A stretch of 64,000 nucleotides of DNA from the human T2T-CHM13v2.0 reference genome, Homo sapiens: the NCBI RefSeq assembly GCF_009914755.1, contig NC_060934.1. One strand, written 5' to 3'. Of this stretch, positions 28,698 through 41,913 are shown piece after piece; the stretch's first letter is position 1; each line of letters starts with the position of its first letter. The notes beneath the pieces were generated by a model. That model made no database searches. It was not told the DNA's origin and saw nothing but the letters and a program-made list of their open reading frames with translations. A program made the position numbers and the translations under genes.

Positions 28698-30552
28698 GAC
28701 AATCAAATTCTTGAGAGGACTATAATTCTTTGTAACTTGGGCCCTGCTTATAAATTTCTCTGCGTATGTCTCCACCACATCCTTTACCTGTGGTTAACAA
28801 TGCTTAATTATTCTTCATATTTCAAATCAATGTAACATATATATGTAATAAAATAACTGTATAATTTAGTAGTTATGATTAACTTTCAAGTATGTAGTAT
28901 AATACTTTTCCCATAATAGAAGCCAGTTAAACAAATATTAATCAAATGGAGTTTTTTTTAATTTGCTGTAAAACTTATTTTAAATAAAGTCCACTGTGAG
29001 ACAAAATAGAATCAAATTTTTCTTTTGTAATGTGGACAAATGGGATTCATGATTCTTTCATCAAAAATTTGTCATTCCTGCAAACAGCTGATGCTGTGTG
29101 ACACTAAGACAAAGAGTTAGGGATGAGCTTGGTGTCCAATTTGTAGAGCTATATGATATTCTAAGCAGACAGTCTATATCTAACAGGGTTTTGCTTTTTT
29201 CTATGACAGTGATCTTAAAATCTGGCTATCTTCACTCTGTATGTCCTTTGCAGGATGATCTCAGGCTTAGCCAGTTCTTCATGGCTCTCACAACTAAAGG
29301 GAGGAATAATGGAGGATAGATACAGATGTAGACATATGAAATTTTTGGGAAATATACTAATGCTCCAGTACTTGATTCAATCCATGACATGCGCTTTTCT
29401 AGAAAAAAATTTTTAATTTTGGAGTAAAGTTTTGCCTCACAGTATGATCAAAGCATTTATTGTCACAAATTGCAGGAATATAGCCATGGTGTAACAGCTA
29501 TCACTAGAAGGAAACAGTTGTGTTCAGTTTGCCTAAAGGCATGGTAAATTCTTATACCGATTCCCATCTTCTATCAACTCTTTCATTGTGTCATTTAATC
29601 AATGAAGAAGTTAGAGAAAAAAAAGAAACTATTAGTAACAAATAAATTGTTTTACAACAAATAAAATCTTTTAGTAATAAATAAAATGTTAGATATGATT
29701 TTTTAAGTAAAATAAATTAAGACAAAAGCTTGGATCCCAGTCAATTTGTAGAGAAATAAAAGTGAAGGAACTAAAGAATTGTAGCCTAAAAAAGCACGAG
29801 AAGCATTGACTCAAACCCAATAAGAGTCCAGAGCTAGCTATCTATGAGAATAAAAGCCATTGAAGAGAAGTGTTATAAGCCATTACAAAATCAAACTAAT
29901 AATATAAGGCATAGAACTTGGAAGAAACTTTGGGAAAAGTATACAAAGACTAATTTCTCTGACTTTCATAGAAGGAAAACAAATGCTATTATCCCAAATT
30001 TAAACATGATCTTAACAAACAAGCAATGATTTCAGCTTCTTCGTTTTTGTCCATATCACTTCTTAAACCAAAAAGGAAGCTTTTATAAAATAATGTCTTT
30101 CTAGGGAAGAAATATTTTTTTGAAGCTTGGAGAGCCCTTTGGTTTCATATAAGCATAATTTTTACTATTGCATTCAAGTAAATTCTCTCTTTGTCTTTAT
30201 ATTTGCATTTGTGCAATCTAGAATGATATAAAACGAATATTAATATGATTTTAGGGGATATAAGAGTGGTAGGCTTTTGCAAGAGGGGAGGAGACAGACA
30301 AAGGACAGCTTTGGTTTTATTTCCCTAATTTTCCATACTGATTTTTGTGATATTATATGCAATGCATGAGTATATGTCAACAGAGATTATCTGAGCAGAT
30401 AGCCCATAGCCCATATATTATTCTTATCTTTATACAACTTGTATTATAAGTATACCAATATATGTAATCATTAGATCCTTTTAATGAAAAATATATGCAG
30501 ATGTAGAATATAATAAAAATAAAATTAAGTATAAATTTAAAATACTGCAATA

Positions 30553-30845
30553 GGCCGGGTTCAGTGGCTCATGTCTGTAATCTCAGCACTTTAGGAGGCT
30601 GAGGACTTGAGATGAGGAATTTGAGACCAGCCTGGCTAACATGGTGAAACCCTGTCTCTACTAAAAATACAAAAACTAGCCAGGTGTGGTGCACTTGTAA
30701 TCCCAGCTACTCAGGGGGCTGAGGCAGGAGAATCACTTGAACCTAGGAAGTGGAGGTTGCAGTGAGCCGAGCGTGCCACTGCATTCCAGCCTGGGCAACA
30801 GAGCGAGACTCTGTCTCAAAAAAATAAAAAATAAAATAAAATAAA
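30553..30845 (+). mobile_element. Alu (AluS-type) with small internal deletions
   Basis: ggccgggttcagtggctc start; (TAAAA)n tail. Confidence 0.95.
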
Positions 30846-31099
30846 ATAACACAATAAATAAGGTATAAAATTAAAAGTAAACACATTAGCATAGATTTTG
30901 TATGGTCAGAGGGAATGAGTGAAGAGCTAATATATTTTAGCATATTATATTTCATACATAAAATATATATTTTATACTATGCCTATATATACAAATATAT
31001 AAAACACATGCTGTATATAAAAATATAATATTTTAGGTATGTAGGAATTTTAATCTCTTTCAAGTTACTGATATACAAATGAATAAAATGACATAAGTG

Positions 31100-31850
31100 C
31101 ACAAACATATAATGTAGAAATAACATGCAAAGGCAGATATAAGTAAGTACGTATTAAAATTTTAAATAGAAAAAGAACAAGTAAGACAAAACCAGACTAA
31201 ATCTAAAGATTTAAAGATTTAAAAGAATAAAGAGTTAAACCAAAACAGAAATAAAGGGAGAAATATTTACACAAAGAGAATGTTAAATATTTTCACAAAG
31301 TGAAAATTAAGTTCTTGTAAAAAGTTTTTAAAAGTTACTGACAAATGTAAAGAAAAGACTAAAAATATATTAATGAAAAACATGCTGAAAAGTACTAAAA
31401 TTATGAAATCACATAAAGGAGAATGATTAGTTAAACTTAAAAAATATATAGAAAAGATGTTGAGAATTACATTTATGTTGATTGATAAAGTTAACTGAAA
31501 GTGAACAGCATTCCAAAATGCCCAGAGCTCACAGGTTTGGATAATAAACATGCTAGATATTTGCTTTTCATACTGATAATGAATAAGGACAAATTCAACT
31601 TTTACACTTTATTTCTGTGTCACAGTTGCTCAAACAAACAAACAAACAAAGAAACAAACAAACCCAAAATGCCAAAAATGCATTTAAGAGAGAAAAAATT
31701 AAAAACAAAACTGGAAAAACAACAAAAATTACTGTTTGCTTCTATGCTAGTTCTGGAAGCCCTGATTCAGGTAATAATCAATACTTTCAGTAGAGGAAAT
31801 GAAAGAAAACATGCAGAAGAAAAATAAAACATGTTTTAAAGTCAATAGTA
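31100..31850 (+). mobile_element. Highly degenerate L1M ORF2 fragments
   Basis: A-rich sequence with L1-like motifs (cccagagctcacaggttt, ctagttctggaagccct). Confidence 0.45.
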
Positions 31851-32403
31851 TAGTGAAGTGTTGTGAAATGTCAAAATATTAAACCACAAAGAAAATGAGA
31901 TAATGGCGAGATAATGACAATAACATTTTTTTAAAAGCTAAATTACTAAAAATCAAATAGTGGTAAACAGTAAGTGCTTAAAATTAAATAGGTGACAGGT
32001 GGTTGAAAGCAAAACATTAAATGAGGCAGCTGGCCAACGTGCAAATTTTAACAGCTTACTAGTAGGATAAAAAAAATAAAAACAAGACAAGGATGTGTTA
32101 TTTTAGTTTCTTTCTATGGAAGTTGATGGAAGCCATGAGTATGGGCTCTATGGATTGAGGGAGCTGGGACAGAGCTCAGTTTATTGAAATAAGAAAGGGG
32201 TGAGGAAGAACAGTGAAGTCAACAGCATGAAGGCTCAAAGCTGCATAAAAATTAGTTTGCAAGAATGGAAGTTTCAGTAGCTAGAATAGAAAACACAAGT
32301 ATCCACAGGAGAATTTGATACAGAACAGATATGTCTGCCAGCAGGTGTTATTAAATAGTCTTCTCTGTGGTATGAAATGGAGTCATTTGTCTTTCTCACT
32401 CTG

Positions 32404-32404
<1 letters not shown>

Positions 32405-32461
<57 letters not shown>
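32405..32461. repeat. Compound (AC)20(AG)8 microsatellite
   Basis: Seen directly. Confidence 0.95.
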
Positions 32462-32544
32462 TCACTAATGGTTTGGATAATGGGTGTGTTTGGAGATACT
32501 AAATACTCAGTGCTTTATGTGTATTGTCTCTCTTCAGTCCTAAA

Positions 32545-32690
32545 GAGGGAGACATTATTACTTTCCCCATTCGTAGAATGAGTAAACTGAGTTTTAAGTA
32601 GGTTAAATGGTTTGTACAGGATTACAGAATTAGAGAATGAAAGAACCACATGGCAAACCCATGTAGTTTGTGCCAAATTTATACTCTTCT
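32545..32690 (-). mobile_element. MIR fragment
   Basis: ccccattcgtagaatgagtaaactgag...aggttaaatggtttgtacagg. Confidence 0.65.
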
Positions 32691-34218
32691 GTGTCATAGC
32701 GGTCCTTGATTGTGAGGTTCATTCAAAGCCAGCAATCAGGCAAAACCAGTCAAAGCTTACAGTTAAGAATTTGAAGACCATTTTACTATTATCACCCCTA
32801 AAACCCCAAACCTAACAGGAATTCTATTCCTGTTTCTAACCAAAGATGAGGCAAGAAGATATTCAATGTCTCCTTAAGAAATTTATATCAAGATGTTGAT
32901 TTAAATACTTAAAGTTTCAGTTTCTGTGTTTTCTTTCCCTCCTCGGTTCCTCCATCATTGCTGGGAGGGAATGCTGTCTCCAGGATACAATGGCATAAAT
33001 CAGCATGGCAGATATAAAGTCTCAGCTACTAGAAGGTGCTCTCTTCTTTGAAAGCCTAAGAAAACAGAAGGTCGGGTTGCTTCTTCACTTGGCATCTTCC
33101 ACATCCTTTAGAGAATTTAGCAAATTAGCCAGGATTGGAAAACCTCCAATGACATGGTGGTTCATTTCATTGCAGATCAACACCCCCTATAGTTAGAAGT
33201 CATTTTTCCCAACTGTATCCAACTCTTTGGCTGCCGAGATGGATATGCCCCTTTGTAGGAAAGTGAATTTGCTTTCTTTCCTGATAGCTGCTTCCTCAAC
33301 CTGCTGGCTGGGTGTTAAGTGACTGCTGTCTCTGAAGACTCCTAGGGTTTGCTCACTTGCTCTATGGTTATGTCTAACGAGGTATGTAAAAGCAAATTAA
33401 GAGGAAATGAATTGCATAGGAAAAGACACAAAAGATGCAGCAGAGAGAGATCTTTCTAAGTTCTGGCTCATCACAGTGCCTGTTAATCACAGTTTGCAGG
33501 CCCCTACACCTAGCACTGCCCATACGACAAAGTTCAGATTCCTTATCTTGGCCTGTCGTGGCCATGCATGGCCTTCCATGATTTGCTGCCTTCATTTCCA
33601 TGTGTGCCTCTTGACGATCTACCAGTGTCTTCAACTCTGGATTTCCCCACCATACCCCACTTCTCTTACTTCACCCTCTTCCCTAACATAATTCCCTATG
33701 CATGTTCTTCATCCAGTTTTTATTTTTGTTGTAGATGTGGTAGCTCATTCCCAGGTGAGAACCTCACACCTGGCAGAACAGCTTGTTCAATATGAAAGAA
33801 TCCTGTCCTGGGCTCTCAGGACGTGACCTGTGTTTCAGAATAAATAATGCCTCAGAAAGCAATTAACAATTCTCTTCAGCAGGGGTAGCAGTGGAGAAAT
33901 GAATACTTCTAAGTTGTTCGTCTGGAGACTGGTGCTCCTACCCCTCCTACTCCCCATTCCCTTGACAAGGAGAGCTGGACCTTTCAGCCAGGAGAATCAA
34001 ACACTGTTTCCTAGGTTTGAGCCCCATCATCAGGGCCTAAGTGGCAAACTGAACCCAAACACCTGCACAGAAAACTTGTTTTTATGTTAGAATGACTCCC
34101 TCTTTTATAGGAGAGTTGCAGAGATTTCAGAAATGGCATTAAATCACAGAGTGCCTTGTCTTCTTTTCCTTTTACTATTATGACTTTCTCATTCTGTTAG
34201 GAGGAATTGCTGACCTTA

Positions 34219-34731
34219 TGTAACAGAAACTACCACCCAATCTTGAAAAACAATTATTCTTCTTTGTTTTTCTTTTTTTCCTTCTCCTTTCTATGCTGAG
34301 CTTTTACTAATGCTTTAATAATGGTTAACTTGATTCATGTGCTTTCCTTAACGAACTTCAGAAATTGGTCTTGAAAAGCTAAGCATAGAGTCAAGGCTAT
34401 CCCACCCCAGGAAGAGTGCTGAGAAGTTAATCTGTATTTCTGTTGCAACCAAGCTGACATCACCAGACCAACAGATAGCCATTTGCTCAACATGGTCATT
34501 AAGACCAGATATATTGACCTGCATGTAGTCGACCCCTGCACATAGTTTCTCCACATCCCCATTCCCATAAAAACCCTCTGGCTAGCCTGAAAAACTTCAG
34601 ATGGTCTCTGTGACACTGTCATCCATCTCCTCAAGTTGGTGACTCTTGAATATACTTGCTTTTCCTCTTACTAACTCGTTTCTTGAGTTTGGCTTGCAAG
34701 CAGCAAACAGCTGAGCCTGGGTTTGGTTATA
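34219..34731 (+). mobile_element. 5' LTR of the ERV1 provirus (family not assigned)
   Basis: Starts tgtaacagaaactac; collinear with 47942-48449 at roughly 75% identity by eye. Confidence 0.9.
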
Positions 34732-34736
34732 ATTTA

Positions 34737-34754
34737 TGGTACCCAACATGGGGC
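34737..34754 (+). promoter_or_regulatory. Primer-binding site, tRNA-Lys(CUU)
   Basis: tggtacccaacatggggc vs TGGCGCCCAACGTGGGGC: 15/18, all three differences at CpG positions. Confidence 0.8.
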
Positions 34755-35299
34755 TGTGAGCCCTATGTGGTCTAGCCTGCCTGCTTTCCAACAGTCAGAG
34801 CAATTGACTGCAGCATTGCACCAGGGCTTACCCATTCACACTATAGACAGAGCAATAATTGCTTGTGAGTGCCAGCTGCTCATGACTAGCTGACCTCATG
34901 GCTGGGATTCCAAGGATGTTCCACCAGCTGCCAAGAACTGTCTCAGGGATTTTCCCTCCTCTCCACTTTGTAGCATCAGCTGCCTCCAACACTTAGTTGA
35001 TACAAGAAAAAGCAGTATCTGGGGAGTTGATGGGCTTCAAGATGGAGTAAGTAATTTTGCCATGTACAACTGGTAACTTTTTTTCCCTCTGTTTAGGCTT
35101 TTCATCGGAATAAACCATTGTGTTTTTGTGTTTGGTTGGGGTGCCCTGTTAGAAAGCAAAATAGTTGTTGGACTTTTATGTCATTTGAGAGTTGGTTCAT
35201 TTGCATTTGTCTGTCAATTGTCTTTGTGGGCCCTGGAAAAGTTCAAAGGCACACCAGATTTTCTGAAACTCGGTTACTTATTATGGCCCATTTTCGTGC

Positions 35300-38200
35300 A
35301 CAGTTTAATAATAATGGCCAAATTACAGTAAGGAAAATTCAGAGCTCAAATGGTTAACTTGCAACTACAGAGCTAAGTAGAGTCATCTAAAGCTGTCTGT
35401 TTATTTCTCACTTTCTTTTTCTGCCTGATCTGGATCTGCTGTTATTAAGCTACTGGTGTTGAGATAACCTCTTTATGGTACTAGTAATCAAGGTTATTTG
35501 GAGATTTTGTTTTTCTTATACAGTTCCAACAGTTCTATCTAAAATGTAAACATTGGAAACTCATTTGAAACTGAAGGGAAGAAAAGAGTAAAAGAGATTT
35601 TTTTTTGTTTTTGTTTTTGTTTATACTGCCATGAAAACTGCTTTACCCCAAATTTTGGTCCACAACTTTTATTGGATTACCTATTGGGGCAAACAAAATT
35701 AACCAAGGAAACAGGTTCCAATTTGGTCGGAGACATAATTGAATTTAGCTATCTTTTGTAGGCTGGTGAGTTCATGATGCTGTCCTATGGATAGAGTTCC
35801 AAGGTAAAAGCTATTGGATTTTTGTTTGGGGGTGTGTATACATGTTTAGATGTGTTTTTGTGTATGTACATGTATTATGTTATGTGTTATGTGTAGCATA
35901 CTACCAAACTGGCTTATAAGTAAATGAGTACTCATAAATTAAGTCCAAATGCTTTTCAAGTTCACATGAATTTAGTAATCTTTGATAAATAAACTTGATT
36001 TAAAATTATTGGTAAAATAAAAATAGAAATGTCTTTAGAATTGTTGGCATACATTTTTTGTCTGAGTTTACTGGTTAGATAAGTTTTATGTTTGCCTCTG
36101 CTACATATTTTAAGGTATCAGGGTTTGATACAAAAGTTTAAGGCTATAAACCCAACTAAAAACATAATAATCTTTGTTTGTGTGATTTTTCTTGAAAAAA
36201 ATAGTAATTTAAGTTTGTTGGTTCAGTGACAACAGCTGAATATTCTGAACTATTGTTAAAATGTCCACATATTTAACTTTAAGGTTCTTAGATGAACCCT
36301 TGATGTTCACAGACTTTAAAAATGGATACTAGGGAAATTACTTTAAATGATGACTAGTTTTGCCTAATATCTCAGTTTTCAGAAGTAATTTTTATAAACT
36401 GTTAAAAATGAAAGAATTGGGGTACATGAAAATGAGATAAATGCTTGTAGGTGAACTTTTTATGTAATTTAAAATTTTTTAAATATTTTAAACTGAATAA
36501 TAGGTGCTCATTGGATGTCTGGGTCATGTCCAATTAAGACAGTTATGATATGGAAAAATATATTTACAAAAATTATGGAGTTGTTTCATCTATAAAATGC
36601 AAACATCTGAAACATCTGATAGTTTAGGATTTCTTGCTTCCTAGGTTTTCACAAAAATTTAAAATTACTAAGAATAAGAATTCCAGTTAGTGTATAATTC
36701 TGTAAGTTCTGTTCTTATTGAGAAAAAAATCACTTTATGTAACTTGGATGTTATTCTGAAATAATGTGTGAAAGAAGATAAAAGATAAATAGTAAGTACA
36801 AAAGAGAGATGTGAAGAAAATTGTTTATATGAAGATGCAGTTTTGGTAAAGAAGGTTTTTTTAAATAGAATAATTTTGTATGAGAAAGAATCTTATATGT
36901 TAAATTTTTGTCCTAAAATAAAATAACTGGTTATTTAGAAAAGAGGTAAGTGTATGGCAAATAAGAAAGTTCAAGCATGTTGTAGATAGTCTGAGTAAGT
37001 CAGGATAAGGTTTGTGGAAAGATAGTTTTTTAAAAAAATATTTGTATGTGATAAACTTGGCTATAACAAAAAGAGAATTATTTATAATTCTAGAAAGACT
37101 ATTATAGTCTTTCTAAGATTGGTCACTATGTTAAAACAAGGTTTTCTTAAGGCATTGATTTATTGTTAATGAAACTATAAGAAGTTTTAATTTATAATTC
37201 TGTAAACTGTTTTTTTTTAAACTTCTCAGATTCATATCTCAGAAGATCAATTTTTGCTGTGTCTCACTGCTTTCAACTTTTTCTCCCTAGAGGTGCCCAA
37301 GATGGTAACTCTCTCCTTCAACTTTTTTACCAACTCCTGTAATTTTTTTCCTCTAGTTCTAACTATTGTTGTGGCCTGATGCTGAAAGGTTTTATCTTAA
37401 AAGTCTAGAAGAGCAATGTTTTCCTCTAGTATAACTTGATTCTGTATTTTTGACTTTTCTTGATATATGTAATTTTTAAATGTAATCAGGAAACTTCTCA
37501 CACTGTTACTAAGAGTTATGTATTCCCCTGCTATAATTATAACTTTGAACACACTCTTCTTGTGCCTGATTAAATTCAAGTACTTTTTTTCATCAGGTTT
37601 GCCTTCCAGGTTATCTAAATGGGCTTCCCAAAAGGAGAAGCAATCACAGTGCAGAAGGTTTTTTGTTGCCTTTTTTGGTAACTGGCTTAAGAGAAAAGAT
37701 TTTACATTTTATCAAGAAAATTTCCATGTTGTCTTTATTCAATTTTTTTATTACTTAGGAGGACTGGAATTTAAAAAATTAAGATTCTTACATCCATATA
37801 ACTTTCTATTTTGCCTTTGAGGTTTTAAAATTATCACTATTGATTAAATGAATGACTACTATTTATAATATTTATATATATAAAAATTTATAATAACTTG
37901 TGATTTGATCAAATATTTTGAGCCTTTTAACATCTTTGATAAACACCATCAAAATCAAAATTCTAACCTAAATTTCTGACCTAGACTTACACTGGGGACT
38001 TATCAAAACCATAAAAATTAATCACTGCAAAGTTATAGAATTGTTTTACAACTTCCAAATGGAACATTGACCCCAGTATCACCACCTTCAGTCCCTTGAA
38101 AAGGTCCTTACCAGGTGCTATTAACTAATCCTGTGCTATTAAGTTACAGGCTTTTGAAACCTCAATATACACGTCTCATCTAAAAAGGCACCATCTGCTG

Positions 38201-38890
38201 CCAAATCTTGAATGTGATGTCATTATCTGACACCAAACTCAAAGTAACCAAAGCCTTGTCTCCAGATCTAGAAAAAGGCAACATTCAAAGTAAATTGCTT
38301 TCACAAAACGTGGGGACAGGCCTATAATAAAAGACATTAAAACTCATTTAATAATTTTGTCTCCATCTGAATCCTTGATACCAGATAATTTGAATGTTTA
38401 GCTACCTATGAGCTTCCTCTTCCTGTCATTCTTAGAACTAGGCAGGGCTTATAACCTTTTATTTTTTGTTTGAAATGTTGCTAATTCTTCATATTTTGTT
38501 TTATCTCCAAAATTTGAAACTATTCAATCCCTCCAGACCCAGGGACAGTTTTGAAAGATAAAATTAATTTAGACCCTCCAATTCAGAAATGGTACACAGA
38601 TGCCTAAACAGCTGATGGCTCAACACATAAAACTTATAGACAAGTCAATATTTTAACTTTCCTTTTTTGGCTGTTGGTTTTTGGCTCTTATGTTACTTAA
38701 AAGGGTTTTGAGGATTAAAGTCCACTTTTGTTCCCATCTAGCCTGGAATAATTAATTGGCTGTAAGTCTTTAAACTCTAAATCCCTTGGCCATAGGAGTC
38801 CCACAGAAGAATGTGATAGATCAGGGGAAGGTAGTCACCCCACTCTCACATCAATATAGGACAAAATAAGAGCTTGGGCATCATTTGTTG
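35300..38890 (+). mobile_element. MER4-group AT-rich non-autonomous internal sequence
   Basis: Characteristic MER4I-type blocks (gtaaatgagtactcataaattaagtccaaatgcttttcaagttcac; tgattaaattcaagtac). Confidence 0.75.
38094..38190 (+). pseudogene. Class I integrase C-terminal (GPY) remnant 1
   Basis: Translates P*KGPYQVLLTNP/CAIKLQAFETSIYTSHLK with one frameshift. Confidence 0.75.
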
Positions 38891-38892
38891 AC

Positions 38893-39645
38893 AAAAAAAA
38901 AGGAAAATATAAACAAAAACTACAGAACAAAAGAAAGTATTTGCAAACTATGCATCCATCAAAGATTATAATATCCAGAATGTATAAGAAACTTAAATTT
39001 ACAAGCAAAAACAACCCCATTAAAAATGGGCAAAGGTCATGAAAAGACACTTCTCAAAAGAAGACATATATGTGGCCAACAAACATATGAAACAATGCTC
39101 ATCATCACTAATTATCAGAGAAATTCAGATTAAAACCACAATGAGATACAATCTCACACCAATCAAAATGGCTATTATTAAAAAGTCAAGAAATAACAGA
39201 TGCTGGCAAAGCTGTAGAGAAAAGTGAACACTTATATATTGTTGGTGGGAATGTAAATTAGTTCAGTCACTGTGGAAAGTAGTTTGGAGGTTTCTCAAAG
39301 AACTTAAAACAGAATTACCATTCAAACCAGCAATCTCATTGCTGGCTGGATACCCCAAGGAAATTAAATTGTTATGCCAAAAAGACATATGCACTTGTAT
39401 GATCATGGTGGCACTATTCCCAATAAAAAAGACATGAAATCAACCTAAGTGCCCATCAATGGTGGATTGGATAAAGAAATGTGGTACATATACACTTTGG
39501 AATACTAAACAGCTATAAAAAAGAATAAAATCATGTCCTTCACAGCATGGATGCAGCTATAAAACATTATTCTAAGTGACTTAATGCAGGAACAGAAAAC
39601 CAAATATTGCATGTTTTCACTTATAAGTGGCAGTTAAACACTGAG
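38893..39645 (+). mobile_element. L1PA15/16-like 3' fragment, left part
   Basis: ORF2 C-terminus (ORF 39039-39227 [37 protein letters not shown]). Confidence 0.92.
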
Positions 39646-40083
39646 TGTGATGGTTAGTACTCAGTGTCAACTTGATTGCATTGAGGGATACAAAGTATTG
39701 ATCTTAGGTGTGTATGCCAAAGGAGATTAACATTGGAATCAGTGTGCTGGGAAAGGCAGATCCACCCTTAATCTGGGTGGGCCTAATCTAATCAGCTGCC
39801 AGCATGGCTAGAATATAAGCAGGCAGACAAATGTGAAAGGAGAAACTGGCCTAGCCTACCAGCCTACATCTTTCTCCTATGCTGGATGCTTCCTTGCCCT
39901 TGAAAATCAGACTTCAGGTTCTTCAGTTTTGGAGCTTTGACTAGCTCTCCTTTCTCCTCAGCCTGTAGACAGCCTATTGTAGGACCTTGTGATCGTGTGA
40001 GCAATTAATAAACTCCCCTGTATATATATATTTATATATATATTTCATTTCTTCTGTCCCTCTAGAGAACCTTGACTAATACA
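39646..40083 (+). mobile_element. MLT2A1 5' LTR
   Basis: tgtgatggttagtactcagtgtcaac...ctagagaaccttgactaataca; AATAAA at 40007-40012. Confidence 0.93.
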
Positions 40084-40088
40084 GATTT

Positions 40089-40106
40089 TGGTACCAGGAG
40101 TGGTTC
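40089..40106 (+). promoter_or_regulatory. Primer-binding site, tRNA-Leu
   Basis: tggtaccaggagtgg matches 15 nt of the tRNA-Leu(UAA) 3'-end complement. Confidence 0.85.
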
Positions 40107-40149
40107 TAGAGGAATTGAATATTAAAAATGTAGTTCTTTCATTGGTTTT

Positions 40150-41895
40150 AGGGTTTCTGGAGTTGGCTGCTTAATGTGATTACACCCAAAAATGCTAAGG
40201 ACTCTACCTTTAATAGTATGGAGAACACTGATAGTCCTTGGTGTGAACTGTTTAGAGAGTTATGCAAAATAAAAGCCTTTGACACTACTGATTTATTGCT
40301 CATAAGAGGCAAGGAGTTTAGTAACATAATAACTTTGACCATATGTGGAGAACCAGGGAACATAATGAAGCTGGTTGGTTGCTCCTAAGTTCAGTGGACA
40401 AAGTGATGAAAGAAAATGATGAACTCGGGGATTCTATTACCCAGCTTCAGAAACAAATACTGAGCCTCAAATCTGATTAGATTGCCCTGAGTAAGAGTCT
40501 CATCTGTAGAGAAAGAGATGAAATTGAACAGACACTGGCTCTTATCATGTGAGTGGTTGAAAGACACAAGCTCTTATCATGCAAGTGGTTGATCTGCAAC
40601 AAAAGGTGCATGCACAGCCTCTCCAGGTGTCTACTGTTAAAGTGAGGGCAGTGATTAGAAAAGAATGGGACCTTGCAACTTGGAATGGGAATGTGTAGGA
40701 GGACCCTGAAGAAGCTTGGGACACTAACTCTGCAAACTCTGATGAGTCTTCATTGCCAGAAGAAACAGCTTCCCCATCCCCAGTAGTGGCAACATCCCCT
40801 CCCCAACCCATACTGCCATCAGCTTTTCCACCTTTGTCTGAGGAGATAAACTCTGTGCTGCCTGAGGCAATGGTGATGGCCTCCACTGAGGTAGTTGCAA
40901 GGCAAGATAATGTTGATTTTCCTCAGGAGTCACCCCCAACACCCCTGTTTGCTTTTAGACCTATAACTAGACTAAAGTCCTGGCAGACCCCTAGAGGTGA
41001 GGTTGACAGTGTGACCCATGAGGAAGTGCACTACACTCAAAAAGAACCACTTGAGTTTCCTAATTTATATAAACAGAAATCTAGAGAACAGATTTCTCCA
41101 GATGAGAATGGATATTAAGGGTGTGGGATAATGGTGGAAGAAACATAAAGTTGGATCAGGCTGAATTTATTGATTTGGGCCCACTAAGTAGGGACTTTAC
41201 ATTTAATGTTTCAGCTTGGGGAGTTAAAAAACATTCTATAGTTTATTTTCTTGGTTAGCTAAAATGTGGATTAAAAGATGGCCCATTGTGAGTGAACTGG
41301 AAATGGCTGATCTCTGTTGGTTTAATGTAGGGAAGGGATTCAAAGGCTTAGGGAGACTGGGATGGTGGAGTGGATTACTCTCTTTAGAGCTACTCATCCC
41401 AGCTGGGAGGGTCCAGAAGATATACCCTTGGCCAATGCCTTGCAAAATAGATTTGTGAGGGCAGCATCTGCATCTTTGAATAGCCCTGTAATTGCTCTTT
41501 TTTGTGTGTCAGATCTAACAGTGGGAACTGCAGTCACTCAACTACAAAATTTGAATACAATGGGAATAATTGGATCCTGAGGTGGCAGGGGCCAAGTGGA
41601 AGTACTCAACCATGAAAAGCAGGGTAAGCGCAGCTACCATAATGGACAGCAGAGGCAAAGCAGCGTTCAGAATAGCCTGACTCATGTAGAGCTCTGGCAC
41701 TGGCTAATTAATCATGGTGTTCCTAGAAGTGAAATTGATAGGAAGCTTACTCCATTCTTACTTAATTTATACAAGCAGAAAACTTCTAGGTTGAATGGAC
41801 AAAAGACTAATTTGAATTGTAAAAACAGAGAATCATGGCCCCTCAATCAATTTCCAGACTTGAGCCAGTTTACAGAGCCAGAACCCGTTGAATGA
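40150..41895 (+). pseudogene. gag: HERV-L gag (disrupted)
   Basis: Fragment ORFs 40176-40388, 40753-41118, 41362-41580, 41596-41895 (ELWHWLINHGVPRSEID); multiple stops and frameshifts. Confidence 0.88.
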
Positions 41896-41913
41896 AGGGG
41901 AGGCCAGGTCTCC

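Noticed and set aside
40150-41895. Domesticated Fv1-like ERV-L gag restriction factor
   Set aside because: gag is broken by several stops and frameshifts; the longest fragment is about 120 codons.
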